A stretch of 64,000 nucleotides of DNA, from contig JAZRLP010000022.1 in NCBI GenBank assembly GCA_045646905.1, positions 37,627 to 101,626 on the forward strand, in the 5' to 3' direction. This document shows, in pieces, positions 1 to 8,981 of the stretch. Under the pieces are notes generated by a model that saw only the letters and a list, made by a program, of their open reading frames with translations, was not told the origin of the DNA and searched no databases. The stretch comes from Muribaculaceae bacterium. Lineage in GTDB: Bacteria; Bacteroidota; Bacteroidia; Bacteroidales; Muribaculaceae. The position numbers and the translations under genes were made by a program. Within the stretch, counting starts at the first letter, position 1. Each line of letters opens with the position of its first letter.

Positions 1-2
1 AG

Positions 3-1391
3 TACACTGGTTGTCGTTGGATTTATCTTGTTGAAGCTGGTACCGAACCCGAATCACAATTGTCAAAACTTACAACTCGTATTAGAATGAGATATGATAT
101 AGAATGTTCAAATGATGATATTAAAGTAAACAAGGCTGCTACGATTGATGGCGACTTGTTGAACATCGTATATAGCAAGCCTAACTTTGATGACTACACA
201 GTGTCGGTAAAAGTGGGTACACCCGAGTCAAAGAAATATCTTGAATATGGTGCAGGTAAGGTGGTGATTAAATCGGCTCAAGAAGCTAATATCGTATTTG
301 AGAAATCAATAAGAGTGTTGCTTTTTGATACCGATGGAAAGGCAATTAAAACAGTTCCTCGCATTACAGTAAATGATGTGCCATCACCCGGTTCGGTAGT
401 AAAGGTAAAAGATACCGATTTGGATACAAAACTCCGCATCAAGATTGTTGCAGGACTTTATGAAGATGCCGAAGATGAAATCGATGCCAATCGTTTGGTT
501 AAAGCCCCTCAAATGCGTGTTACATTAAAACCTCGTGTGGGTGGGGTGAAACTAAATATCAATATCGGTGGCAAGGAGTTTTCGTGTGTAGAAACTGTTA
601 GCCCATCTGATCCATTGAGCCAAAGTTTGCAACGCGGCACATTTAATGGATACAAGGTTACTCGTCGCCAAAATACCGATGAATATGATATTGATGTGAC
701 ATCGGGTCGTTCGGCGTCGGTAGGTGGTGGCTCTCGCGTTAAACCCCAACAAAATGACTCTGATCGCAATCCTATCTTGGCTCGTATTCTCATTGTGATT
801 GTGACATTTGCTATAGGTATAGGTGCTGGTGTGATATTAGACCGCTCGTTGTCATCAACCGAAGAACCTGCAGTTGCTGAAGCTCAAACTGAAAAAACTG
901 ACTCAGTGAAACCCGAAGAATCGGCACTTATTGATGCTAATAAGACTCCAGTAATGGCCGAAGAGGTTATCGCTGAACAAAAAGATGAAGAGGTTGCAGT
1001 TCCTGAAGAACCTAAAGCAGAAGAGGTTCCTATAGTGGAAGAAAAACCTGTTGAAGAGCCAAAGGCTGTGTCAATGAAGTATGATTCATTTACAGCTGAA
1101 GAAAAAGAGGACTTGGCTTATCTCAAAAAGGCTGATAAATGGTCGCCCGATAAAGTTAAATCGCAAAGATTTAAGGATATGTTTACTCAACTTAATAAAG
1201 GTAACTACGATTGCTTGGTCACATTGTTTGGCGCATTGCCCGATGAGCATGTGAATGGTTACGCTAAAGCGTTGGTGAAAAAAATTCCAAACTTATCGGC
1301 CGAAGAGCGTGAGAAGTCAAGAAAATACCTAAAGGTAAACGATAAAGGATATATCCCAATGTCGTGGGCTGCTAAAAATGTGGGCAAATAA
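3..1391 (+). CDS. hypothetical single-pass membrane protein with its 5' end off the window; C-terminal ~105-aa domain shared with the next gene
   Basis: The frame is open from nt 3, so the TTG at 60 in the ORF track is probably internal. It has one TM helix (ILARILIVIVTFAIGIGAGVIL) and a Glu/Pro/Val-rich linker. The C-terminal domain aligns to the 1405..2133 product (KVKSQRFK.MF.QLN.GN.DCL ... EREK..KYL ... MSWAAK). Confidence 0.6.
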   Translation, partial: YTGCRWIYLVEAGTEPESQLSKLTTRIRMRYDIECSNDDIKVNKAATIDGDLLNIVYSKPNFDDYTVSVKVGTPESKKYLEYGAGKVVIKSAQEANIVFEKSIRVLLFDTDGKAIKTVPRITVNDVPSPGSVVKVKDTDLDTKLRIKIVAGLYEDAEDEIDANRLVKAPQMRVTLKPRVGGVKLNINIGGKEFSCVETVSPSDPLSQSLQRGTFNGYKVTRRQNTDEYDIDVTSGRSASVGGGSRVKPQQNDSDRNPILARILIVIVTFAIGIGAGVILDRSLSSTEEPAVAEAQTEKTDSVKPEESALIDANKTPVMAEEVIAEQKDEEVAVPEEPKAEEVPIVEEKPVEEPKAVSMKYDSFTAEEKEDLAYLKKADKWSPDKVKSQRFKDMFTQLNKGNYDCLVTLFGALPDEHVNGYAKALVKKIPNLSAEEREKSRKYLKVNDKGYIPMSWAAKNVGK

Positions 1392-1404
1392 ACGGTTTCT
1401 TTAA

Positions 1405-2133
1405 ATGCCAATCGATTTTAGTAAATACATTGATGCGGCTCGTCGTATGTTGGCTGGTGTGAAAGCTAATTTCGCATCAAAGAAAGCCTGCGAAGGAAAA
1501 AACGATGACAACCTAAATGTCTATAGCCCACATTTGGTTAAGATTGTGGTTGCCTCAATTATATTTATTGTAGGCTTTGCGTTAGGAGTTGTTGTTGAAC
1601 GCTCAATTGCGACTCCAATAGGAGATGTTGAGGTGGCGCAAGAACAAAGTGAGAGTGCTGAAGATGCATTGAAAAATGAACTGGCCGAAGTAGCGCCTGA
1701 CCCACAGCCTGCACAACCCTTGCAACAGAGTGAAGTGAAAGTTGAAGAGCCTGCGCCTAAAGCCGTTACATCTCCTGTTGCTACGCCTACACAAGGTAGA
1801 GCAAAACCTTTTAGTGCGTTGACCGCCGAAGAACAAGGTGATGTGAAATATCTCAAGTCATCTGATGTGTGGTCATCGTCAAAAGTTAAGTCGCAACGCT
1901 TCAAAAATATGTTTGCGCAACTCAATAATGGAAATATCGATTGCTTGGATGCGACATTTAATGGCTATTCCAAAGAGCATATTAATGGTTATGTGGTAAA
2001 TGTCATTTCAAGTATAAAAAAACTTACCCCCGACGAACGAGAAAAAGCAAAAAAATATCTTCGTGAAGATGATGGCGGCGAGATAAAAATGTCGTGGGCA
2101 GCCAAGAAAATTGGTGAAATGGCAAAGAATTAG
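1405..2133 (+). CDS. hypothetical single-pass membrane protein, tandem paralog of the preceding gene (shared C-terminal domain)
   Basis: 242-aa ORF with a short N-terminus, a TM helix (VVASIIFIVGFALGVVV) and an acidic/Pro-rich linker. The C-terminal domain is clearly alignable to that of 3..1391. Confidence 0.6.
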   Translation: MPIDFSKYIDAARRMLAGVKANFASKKACEGKNDDNLNVYSPHLVKIVVASIIFIVGFALGVVVERSIATPIGDVEVAQEQSESAEDALKNELAEVAPDPQPAQPLQQSEVKVEEPAPKAVTSPVATPTQGRAKPFSALTAEEQGDVKYLKSSDVWSSSKVKSQRFKNMFAQLNNGNIDCLDATFNGYSKEHINGYVVNVISSIKKLTPDEREKAKKYLREDDGGEIKMSWAAKKIGEMAKN

Positions 2134-2231
2134 ATTGAGTAATTAAAAATAAATGAGGAGGGCAACTAAATTTTTAGTTGCCCTCCTTAATCTATTTTTA
2201 GCGTATTAGATGCTTGTGTGAGTTGGAATTG

Positions 2232-3035
2232 TTAGATATTTACAGCTTTTGGTACGAGGCGTGAACTTAATTCCCAGAGGAGGTAGATGGGGAAGAATAC
2301 TGCCGAGAGGGTGAATGGATCGCCAGTGGGGGTAATCATTGCTGCTACGATGAGTAACACTACGATTGCATGACGGCGATATGCCCCAAAAAAGTTGCGT
2401 GTGAGAATTCCCATTTTTCCAAGTAGCCATGCTAATAGAGGTAGTTCAAATGCTACTCCCATCATAAATGTGATGATGAAGAAGTTATCCATATATGAAT
2501 CAATTGATATGGTGTTGGGGATAGATGAGCTTAATTGGTAGTCGGCAAGGAAACGAAGAGTGAGGGGGAATACTAAAAAGTATCCAATTGCTACACCGAG
2601 GTAGAACATTATGTTGCCAAAAAAGAAAGCCGATTTGGCTCCTCTTTTTTCGTTTTCATAGAGGGCCGGGCTTATAAAAGTCCACAACTGGTAGATGATA
2701 AATGGAAAGGCGAGTGTGATTGCTAACCAACAAGATGTAGAGATGTGTATGAAAAATTGTGATGCAAGTTTGATGTTTATGAGGCTCACATTGAAAGGTG
2801 TTGTCGAATTATCTCCACCTGTGAGAGAGATTATGTAATCAAAAAAATGATATAGTGGAAAATCGCTACTGCATGGAGCCAAGACAATGTTGTCAAAAAT
2901 CCAATGCATATATGCAAATAGTCCTATGGCTATGGCAAGCGTGACTGTAACAATGCGAAAAAGCACCCCGCGTAATACATCAAGATGCCCCCAAAAACTC
3001 ATTTCTTGAGAAGAGGAGTGTTTGTTGTCGCTCAC
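2232..3035 (-). CDS. tatC: twin-arginine translocase subunit TatC
   Basis: 267-aa polytopic membrane ORF with a TatC-like N-terminus (FWGHLDVLRGVLFRIV...), adjacent to tatA. Confidence 0.88.
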   Translation of the reverse strand: MSDNKHSSSQEMSFWGHLDVLRGVLFRIVTVTLAIAIGLFAYMHWIFDNIVLAPCSSDFPLYHFFDYIISLTGGDNSTTPFNVSLINIKLASQFFIHISTSCWLAITLAFPFIIYQLWTFISPALYENEKRGAKSAFFFGNIMFYLGVAIGYFLVFPLTLRFLADYQLSSSIPNTISIDSYMDNFFIITFMMGVAFELPLLAWLLGKMGILTRNFFGAYRRHAIVVLLIVAAMITPTGDPFTLSAVFFPIYLLWELSSRLVPKAVNI

Positions 3036-3063
3036 TATTTAAATTGTTGCAAAAAGTGGAGAG

Positions 3064-3288
3064 TTAGTCTTTTTTGCCTTTATAGGTTGATTCGTCTTCG
3101 TCAATCTTGTTAATCTCATCTTTGGCTTCTTGCATTCCTTGTTTGAAACTTTTTACTCCTTTGCCAAGACCACGCATTAATTCGGGAATTTTTTTGCCTC
3201 CAAAAAGGAGTAGAACAATTACAAGGATTATGATTAACTCAGTTCCTGAAGGCATGCTTATAGCCGGAATAAGATTGAAAATAGTCAT
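3064..3288 (-). CDS. tatA: twin-arginine translocase TatA/TatE family subunit
   Basis: 74 aa with a TM segment plus an amphipathic helix and the signature [19 protein letters not shown]. It lies immediately upstream of tatC on the same strand. Confidence 0.85.
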   Translation of the reverse strand: MTIFNLIPAISMPSGTELIIILVIVLLLFGGKKIPELMRGLGKGVKSFKQGMQEAKDEINKIDEDESTYKGKKD

Positions 3289-3381
3289 AAAAATGTGTCA
3301 ATAAATAGTTATAAATATAATTTTCAGTGTGTAAAGTTACAGAAATATGTGGAATATACCATATTTTTGAAGAAAAAAGCG

Positions 3382-3389
3382 TAACTTTG
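3382..3389 (+). promoter_or_regulatory. Bacteroidetes-type -7 promoter box TAACTTTG upstream of fabD
   Basis: Matches TAnnTTTG, 34 nt upstream of the fabD ATG. Confidence 0.5.
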
Positions 3390-3423
3390 CAGTCCTTTTA
3401 TAACATATATATTATTATTGAAA

Positions 3424-4302
3424 ATGAAAGCATTTGTTTTTCCAGGTCAAGGGGCTCAATTTGTAGGTATGGGTAAAGACCTTTACGACAACAACCCCGT
3501 AGCTCGTGAAATGTTTGAAAAAGCAAACGAAGTTTTAGGTTTCCGCATTACAGATTTAATGTTTGAAGGTACTGACGAAGATCTTCGTCAAACAAAGGTT
3601 ACTCAACCAGCTATTTTCCTTCATTCAGTGATTTTGGCAAAAACACTCGGTGACGAGTTTAAGCCCGAAATGACTGCTGGTCACTCTCTTGGTGAATTCT
3701 CAGCTCTTGTTGCTGCTGGTGCACTTAATTTTGAAGATGGTCTCCGTCTTGTATCTGCTCGCGCTCAAGCTATGCAAAAAGCATGTGAACTTAAACCATC
3801 AACAATGGCTGCAGTGCTTGCTCTTGCTGATGAAAAAGTAGAAGAAATATGTGCAGGTGTTGACGGTATTGTTGTGTGTGCTAACTACAACTGCCCAGGC
3901 CAATTGGTTATCTCGGGTGAAGAATCAGCAATCGATGCTGCTTGCGAACAACTCCTTGCCGCAGGTGCAAAGCGTGCATTGAAACTCAAAGTAGGTGGTG
4001 CGTTCCACTCTCCATGTATGGAACCTGCTCGTGCCGAATTGGCTGAGGCTATTGAGAAAACTAATTTCTCAACTCCTATGTGCCCAGTATATCAAAATGT
4101 TGATGCAAAACCTCATACCGACCCCGAAGAAATCAAAGCAAATCTTGTGGCTCAATTGACAGCTCCTGTGCGTTGGACTCAATCGGTTCAAAATATGGTT
4201 GCTGATGGCGCAACTGAATTTGTTGAACTCGGCCCTGGCAAAGTGCTTCAAGGATTGGTGGCAAAAATCTCTCGCGAAGTAGCTGTTTCAGGTAAACAAT
4301 AA
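3424..4302 (+). CDS. fabD: ACP S-malonyltransferase (malonyl-CoA:ACP transacylase)
   Basis: Has FPGQGAQ, GHSLGEFSAL and the GGAFHS-type FabD motifs. I chose ATG 3424 over the TTG at 3418 in the ORF track. Confidence 0.92.
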   Translation: MKAFVFPGQGAQFVGMGKDLYDNNPVAREMFEKANEVLGFRITDLMFEGTDEDLRQTKVTQPAIFLHSVILAKTLGDEFKPEMTAGHSLGEFSALVAAGALNFEDGLRLVSARAQAMQKACELKPSTMAAVLALADEKVEEICAGVDGIVVCANYNCPGQLVISGEESAIDAACEQLLAAGAKRALKLKVGGAFHSPCMEPARAELAEAIEKTNFSTPMCPVYQNVDAKPHTDPEEIKANLVAQLTAPVRWTQSVQNMVADGATEFVELGPGKVLQGLVAKISREVAVSGKQ

Positions 4303-4326
4303 TCTATAAGTAATAAATTAGATGAA

Positions 4327-4358
4327 AGTGCAACCATAATGATGGTTGCACTTTTTTT
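4327..4358 (+). terminator. rho-independent terminator after fabD
   Basis: 10-bp stem AGTGCAACCA/TGGTTGCACT followed by a T7 run. Confidence 0.8.
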
Positions 4359-4403
4359 GGTGTTAATTATCACTTTTTTGTTCCTAAAGTCTATAAAAAT
4401 TGT

Positions 4404-4411
4404 TAACTTTG
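4404..4411 (+). promoter_or_regulatory. -7 promoter box TAACTTTG upstream of the SulP gene
   Basis: Matches TAnnTTTG, about 46 nt upstream of ATG 4458. Confidence 0.5.
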
Positions 4412-4457
4412 CGCCCTCAAAAAGATTTTAGGTTTATTATTTTAGAAAGAACAGATT

Positions 4458-6149
4458 ATGAAATTGTCGGGTTCTATTGATTTCAGGCCAAAGTTGATTT
4501 CTTCATTGAGAAATTATTCTTTGTCAAAATTTAAAGATGACCTCATTGCAGGGATAGTTGTGGGTATTGTAGCGTTGCCATTGGCAATTGCGTTTGGTAT
4601 TGCATCGGGTGTGAGTCCCACGATAGGGTTAATTACTGCTATTATTGGCGGTTTTATGGTGTCGGCATTTGGTGGTAATACAGTGCAAATAGGTGGCCCT
4701 ACTGGCGCGTTTATTGTAATCGTATATAATATCATTGCAACATATGGACTTCAAGGATTGGCTATAGCAACATTTATGGCAGGGATAATCCTCGTTGTAA
4801 TGGGTTTGTTTCATTTAGGTACGGTCATTAAGTTTATCCCATATCCTATTGTAGTGGGTTTTACAGCAGGTATTGCGTTGACCATATTCTCTACGCAAAT
4901 CAATGATTTCTTTGGTCTGGGATTGACCAATGTTCCAAGTGAGTTTATTCCCAAGTGGGGTGTATACTTCCAAAATTTTGATAAAATTGATTGGGGTACT
5001 GTTGCGGTAGGGATTGTTTCGTTACTCATTATTATATTAACACCCAAAATTTCAAAAAAATTGCCTGGAGCATTGATTGCTATTATAGTAGTAACTGTTG
5101 CAGTATATTTCTTGAAAGATTTATTGGGGATTAATGTTGAAACAATTGGCGATCGTTTTGGCTCAATGTCAAATGAAATTCCCGAGCCTCATGGATTTGA
5201 ACTTTCAATGGCTACAATAAACCAATTAATGCCATCGGCATTTACTATTGCGGTGTTGTGTGCTATAGAGTCACTTTTGTCGGCTACAGTTGCCGATGGT
5301 GTTACTGGTTCTCGCACAAATAGTAATACCGAGTTGATAGGACAGGGGATAGCTAACATTGCAGTGCCTTTCTTTGGTGGTATTCCGGTAACTGGTGCTA
5401 TTGCTCGAACAATGACAAATATTACCAATGGAGGTCGCACACCGGTAGCTGGTATCGTTCACACAATAGTATTATTGTTGATATTTTTATTCTTGATGCC
5501 ATTGATTAATTATGTGCCTATGGCATGTCTTGCTGCTGTGTTGCTCGTGGTGTCATATAATATGAGTGGTTGGCGCACAGTTGTTGGTATCTTTAAGTCG
5601 CCTAAAAGTGATATTTCGGTATTGCTTGTAACATTCTTCTTGACAGTGATATTTGACCTCACTATTGCAATCGAAATAGGGCTCTTGCTCGCAGTGGTAT
5701 TGTTCTTGCGTCGTGTGATGGAAAATACCGAAATAAAAGTTTATAGTGAACAGCTTGATATTGCCGAGGGTACCGAGTCAAATACTCATGAAGTACTTGA
5801 TGTAGCAAAAGGTGTTGAAGTTTATGAGATTGATGGCCCATTCTTCTTTGGAGTAGCAACAAAGTTTGATGAAATGATGAGAACTTCGATGGCAAATAAG
5901 CCTCTTGTTCGCATTATACGCATGCGCAAAGTGCCATTTATTGATTCAACTGGTATTCACAACCTTGAACTCTTGATTAAATCATCGCAAAATGATGGTA
6001 TTCATGTTGTTTTGTCGGGAGTTAAAGAAAATGTGCGTCAAGTATTGCATCATGCTAATATTGATGCATTGATAGGCGAGGATCATATTTGCGACCATAT
6101 CACTAAAGCGGTAGTGATGGCCAACGCAATTGTGGCAAAACAACAATAA
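4458..6149 (+). CDS. SulP family inorganic anion transporter with C-terminal STAS domain
   Basis: 563 aa, polytopic, with a SulP-like N-terminus (DLIAGIVVGIVALPLAIAFGIASG) and a soluble C-terminal STAS-like domain. Confidence 0.85.
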   Translation: MKLSGSIDFRPKLISSLRNYSLSKFKDDLIAGIVVGIVALPLAIAFGIASGVSPTIGLITAIIGGFMVSAFGGNTVQIGGPTGAFIVIVYNIIATYGLQGLAIATFMAGIILVVMGLFHLGTVIKFIPYPIVVGFTAGIALTIFSTQINDFFGLGLTNVPSEFIPKWGVYFQNFDKIDWGTVAVGIVSLLIIILTPKISKKLPGALIAIIVVTVAVYFLKDLLGINVETIGDRFGSMSNEIPEPHGFELSMATINQLMPSAFTIAVLCAIESLLSATVADGVTGSRTNSNTELIGQGIANIAVPFFGGIPVTGAIARTMTNITNGGRTPVAGIVHTIVLLLIFLFLMPLINYVPMACLAAVLLVVSYNMSGWRTVVGIFKSPKSDISVLLVTFFLTVIFDLTIAIEIGLLLAVVLFLRRVMENTEIKVYSEQLDIAEGTESNTHEVLDVAKGVEVYEIDGPFFFGVATKFDEMMRTSMANKPLVRIIRMRKVPFIDSTGIHNLELLIKSSQNDGIHVVLSGVKENVRQVLHHANIDALIGEDHICDHITKAVVMANAIVAKQQ

Positions 6150-6268
6150 TTGTGCACAAATGTTAAAGAAATGCGCAAAAATTATACGAATTTTTGGATT
6201 TTTTTTGATGAATAAAATTTTCTTTGAAAAAAAATATAATTTTTATTTGTCAGTTCAGAAATAAGTAT

Positions 6269-6276
6269 TACCTTTG
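6269..6276 (+). promoter_or_regulatory. -7 promoter box TACCTTTG
   Basis: Matches TAnnTTTG, about 50 nt upstream of ATG 6329. Confidence 0.45.
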
Positions 6277-6328
6277 TATCGTTTTTGAAGCAAAAAATAT
6301 TGTTTTATTATTTAATCTAGAAAAGAAA

Positions 6329-6526
6329 ATGAAAAAGTTAGTTTTATTACTTGCTGTTGTATTCAGCGTATCTTTGTTCTCTTGTGGTGGTGCTGCAACT
6401 GAAGCTGCTGCTACTGATTCTGTAGCTGATTCTGCTGCTGTTGTTGATTCAGCTGCTCAAGATACTGCTGCTGTTGATTCAGCTGCTGCTGATACTGCTG
6501 CTAAAGCTGATTCTGTTAAAGCTTAA
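6329..6526 (+). CDS. small Ala/Asp/Ser-rich repetitive lipoprotein
   Basis: Internal ATG gives MKKLVLLLAVVFSVSLFSCGG, a signal peptide with a lipobox. The mature part is low complexity (DSAA/DTAA repeats). A promoter box lies upstream and a terminator downstream. Confidence 0.55.
   Translation: MKKLVLLLAVVFSVSLFSCGGAATEAAATDSVADSAAVVDSAAQDTAAVDSAAADTAAKADSVKA
6443..6502 (+). repeat. 30-nt tandem direct repeat (x2, 2 mismatches) inside the small lipoprotein gene
   Basis: GTTGATTCAGCTGCTCAAGATACTGCTGCT followed by GTTGATTCAGCTGCTGCTGATACTGCTGCT. Confidence 0.9.
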
Positions 6527-6556
6527 TTAGAATTATTTACAGCAAAGGAAAAAATT

Positions 6557-6584
6557 AGCTGACCTAGGGTCAGCTTTTTTTTTT
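6557..6584 (+). terminator. rho-independent terminator
   Basis: Stem AGCTGACC/GGTCAGCT followed by a T10 run. Confidence 0.8.
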
Positions 6585-6648
6585 GTCCTTTTTTTAGTAA
6601 AGTATAAAAAAGGAATTATAATAAATTGGCTATTTGTGTATGGTTTTG

Positions 6649-6656
6649 TATCTTTG
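6649..6656 (+). promoter_or_regulatory. -7 promoter box TATCTTTG upstream of the lipid kinase operon
   Basis: Matches TAnnTTTG, 19 nt upstream of ATG 6676. Confidence 0.5.
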
Positions 6657-6675
6657 TAAATAATAAATAAATGAA

Positions 6676-7659
6676 ATGAACAGTCAACGCGTATTATTGA
6701 TAATTAATCCTATTTCGGGCGTGAGCAGCAAGGAGGGTCTTGATGCGCGTGTGTCTAATCGTGTAGGTGAGACAATGGGATATAGCGTTGATGTGAAAAT
6801 TACTCAAGCAAAAGGTGATGCAAAAAGATTTGCCTCTGAGGCAGTCGCTCAAGGCTATTATGGGGTGATAGTTGCTGGAGGTGATGGCACGGTCAATGAA
6901 GTCGCTACTGCGCTGTGTGATAGTGATGTTGCATTAGGTATAATACCCTCGGGCTCGGGTAATGGATTGGCTCGACATCTTGAAATTCCAGTGGATATTG
7001 AAGCATCGCTCGATGTGATTGCCCAGAACAATGTTCAGGCATGTGACTATGCAACAGTTAATGACCAACCTTTCTTTTGTACATTTGGAATGGGCTTTGA
7101 TGCTGCTGTAAGCGACCGTTTCTCGAAGCAAAGAAAGCGCGGAAAGTTTATGTATTTCAAAAGTGCGCTTGAAGAGTTTGTGCAATTTCATCCACAAGTA
7201 TACACGATAAGCGCCAACGGAAAGATTTTTACGCAAAATGCCTTTCTTGTAGCATGTTGCAATGCGTCGCAATATGGAAATAATGCATATATTGCACCTA
7301 CAGCGAGCATGACCGATGGATTATTGGATATAATCATTATACATGCTGGTTCTCCTATTGATACTGCCGCACTTGGTGTGGATTTATTCACTGGATATAT
7401 TGATCGCAACACACTGTTGCAATCGTTTAAAGCTCCTGCGGCAGTGATTTATCGCTCAACCAATGGTGCTGTGCACATTGATGGAGACCCTATGGATATG
7501 GGTGAGATAATGGATGTGAAATGTCACAAAGGGGGATTGAAAATATTTGTACCAAAGGCGAAGAAGCAGCGATTCCGACCCATTATTACTCCAGTAAATA
7601 ATTTAGTAAAAGAAACGCGCACCACGATATCAAAAATCTTCAGAAAACATAAAAAATGA
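6676..7659 (+). CDS. diacylglycerol/lipid kinase family protein (YegS/BmrU-like)
   Basis: Has LLIINPISG at the N-terminus and a GGDGTVNEV nucleotide-binding motif; 327 aa. Confidence 0.8.
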   Translation: MNSQRVLLIINPISGVSSKEGLDARVSNRVGETMGYSVDVKITQAKGDAKRFASEAVAQGYYGVIVAGGDGTVNEVATALCDSDVALGIIPSGSGNGLARHLEIPVDIEASLDVIAQNNVQACDYATVNDQPFFCTFGMGFDAAVSDRFSKQRKRGKFMYFKSALEEFVQFHPQVYTISANGKIFTQNAFLVACCNASQYGNNAYIAPTASMTDGLLDIIIIHAGSPIDTAALGVDLFTGYIDRNTLLQSFKAPAAVIYRSTNGAVHIDGDPMDMGEIMDVKCHKGGLKIFVPKAKKQRFRPIITPVNNLVKETRTTISKIFRKHKK

Positions 7660-8981
7660 AGCAATCTTTGATTATTAGCAATATAAAAGAGCGTCTTGGC
7701 ATTGAGCAATTAAACGAAATGCAACAAGAGGTGGCGCGTTGTGCTGCGTCTCAATTGTTATTATTGTCGCCAACTGGTAGCGGAAAGACTGTTGCATTTT
7801 CAATAGCATTATTGCGCACTCTCACGGCTCCTCGTGGAAAGGTGCAAGCAGTGATTGTTGCTCCAGCTCGTGAACTTGTTATGCAAATTGCCGATGTGAT
7901 TCGTTCCATCGCTACCGGCTACAAAACGATTGCGTGTTATGGTGGACATTCAATGATTGACGAGTCGCGTTCGCTCACCTCAGCAGTTCCTGATATAATT
8001 GTTGCCACTCCCGGTCGTTTGCTTGATCACCTCAATCGTGGTAATGTGGATTTGACAGGGGTTAATGCTCTTGTGCTTGATGAATATGATAAAGCGCTCG
8101 ACTTGGGCTTTCACGATGAGATGCGCAAAGTTGTGCGACCTATGCGCTCGTTGTTGTTGACGGTACTCACCTCGGCAACTCAACTTGCCGAGATGCCTTC
8201 ATTTGTGAAGTTTAACTCTCCCAAGATACTCGATTATACATGTAAAACCGAGGCTCCTCGTCATCGCATGCAGGTGGTTAATGTGCCGAGTCCAGTAAGA
8301 GATAAATTGCAATCATCGCTCGATTTGCTTCACTCATTGCCCAACGGAAAGGTTATACTATTTGTTAACCATCGTGAGAGTGCAACTCGTGTATATGACT
8401 ATCTGCAACAAAATCGTTTGCCAGTGGGATTGTATCATGGTGGTCTTGAGCAGATAGACCGCGAAAAAGCGATAGATCTACTCAATAATGGCACTACGCC
8501 CATATTGGTGTCGACCGACCTTGCTTCGCGAGGATTAGATATTGACCAGGTTCAAGCTGTGATACATTATCATTTGCCACCATCGGCCGAGAGTTGGACT
8601 CATCGCAATGGTCGCACTGCTCGCATGGGAGCTGATGGAACTATATATGTTATAACAGCTGAGGGTGAGAATATTCCTGATTATATCGATTTTGACCGTG
8701 AATATGTGCCTACGGGAGACCGAAACGACGATCCAATAAAATCGGAGGTGTCAACTCTGCATTTCAATGCTGGTAAGAAAGAGAAAATTTCACGAGGTGA
8801 TGTAGTGGGTTTTATGATAAACAAAGGGGGATTAGAATCGGCGCAAGTGGGCAAAATTGTGGTTAAAGACCATTGTGTGCTTGTTGCTGTGCCACGCAAT
8901 CGTGCCGATGAGGTGTTGCAAGCATTGACTCCTCATAAAATCAAGAATAAAAGAGTAAGAATCACTAAAGTTAAAGTATAG
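7656..8981 (+). CDS. DEAD/DEAH-box RNA helicase with C-terminal DbpA-type RNA-binding domain
   Basis: Has SPTGSGKT (motif I), DEYD (motif II variant), SAT and HRNGRTAR, plus a C-terminal DbpA-like domain (GKKEKISRGDVVGF...). The start overlaps the upstream stop (ATGA). Confidence 0.85.
   Translation: MKQSLIISNIKERLGIEQLNEMQQEVARCAASQLLLLSPTGSGKTVAFSIALLRTLTAPRGKVQAVIVAPARELVMQIADVIRSIATGYKTIACYGGHSMIDESRSLTSAVPDIIVATPGRLLDHLNRGNVDLTGVNALVLDEYDKALDLGFHDEMRKVVRPMRSLLLTVLTSATQLAEMPSFVKFNSPKILDYTCKTEAPRHRMQVVNVPSPVRDKLQSSLDLLHSLPNGKVILFVNHRESATRVYDYLQQNRLPVGLYHGGLEQIDREKAIDLLNNGTTPILVSTDLASRGLDIDQVQAVIHYHLPPSAESWTHRNGRTARMGADGTIYVITAEGENIPDYIDFDREYVPTGDRNDDPIKSEVSTLHFNAGKKEKISRGDVVGFMINKGGLESAQVGKIVVKDHCVLVAVPRNRADEVLQALTPHKIKNKRVRITKVKV

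Noticed and set aside
1521-1925. 134-aa minus-strand ORF (also 509..793, 552..752 and 1603..1836)
   Set aside because: They are antisense shadows inside the two tandem membrane-protein genes, with no independent signals.
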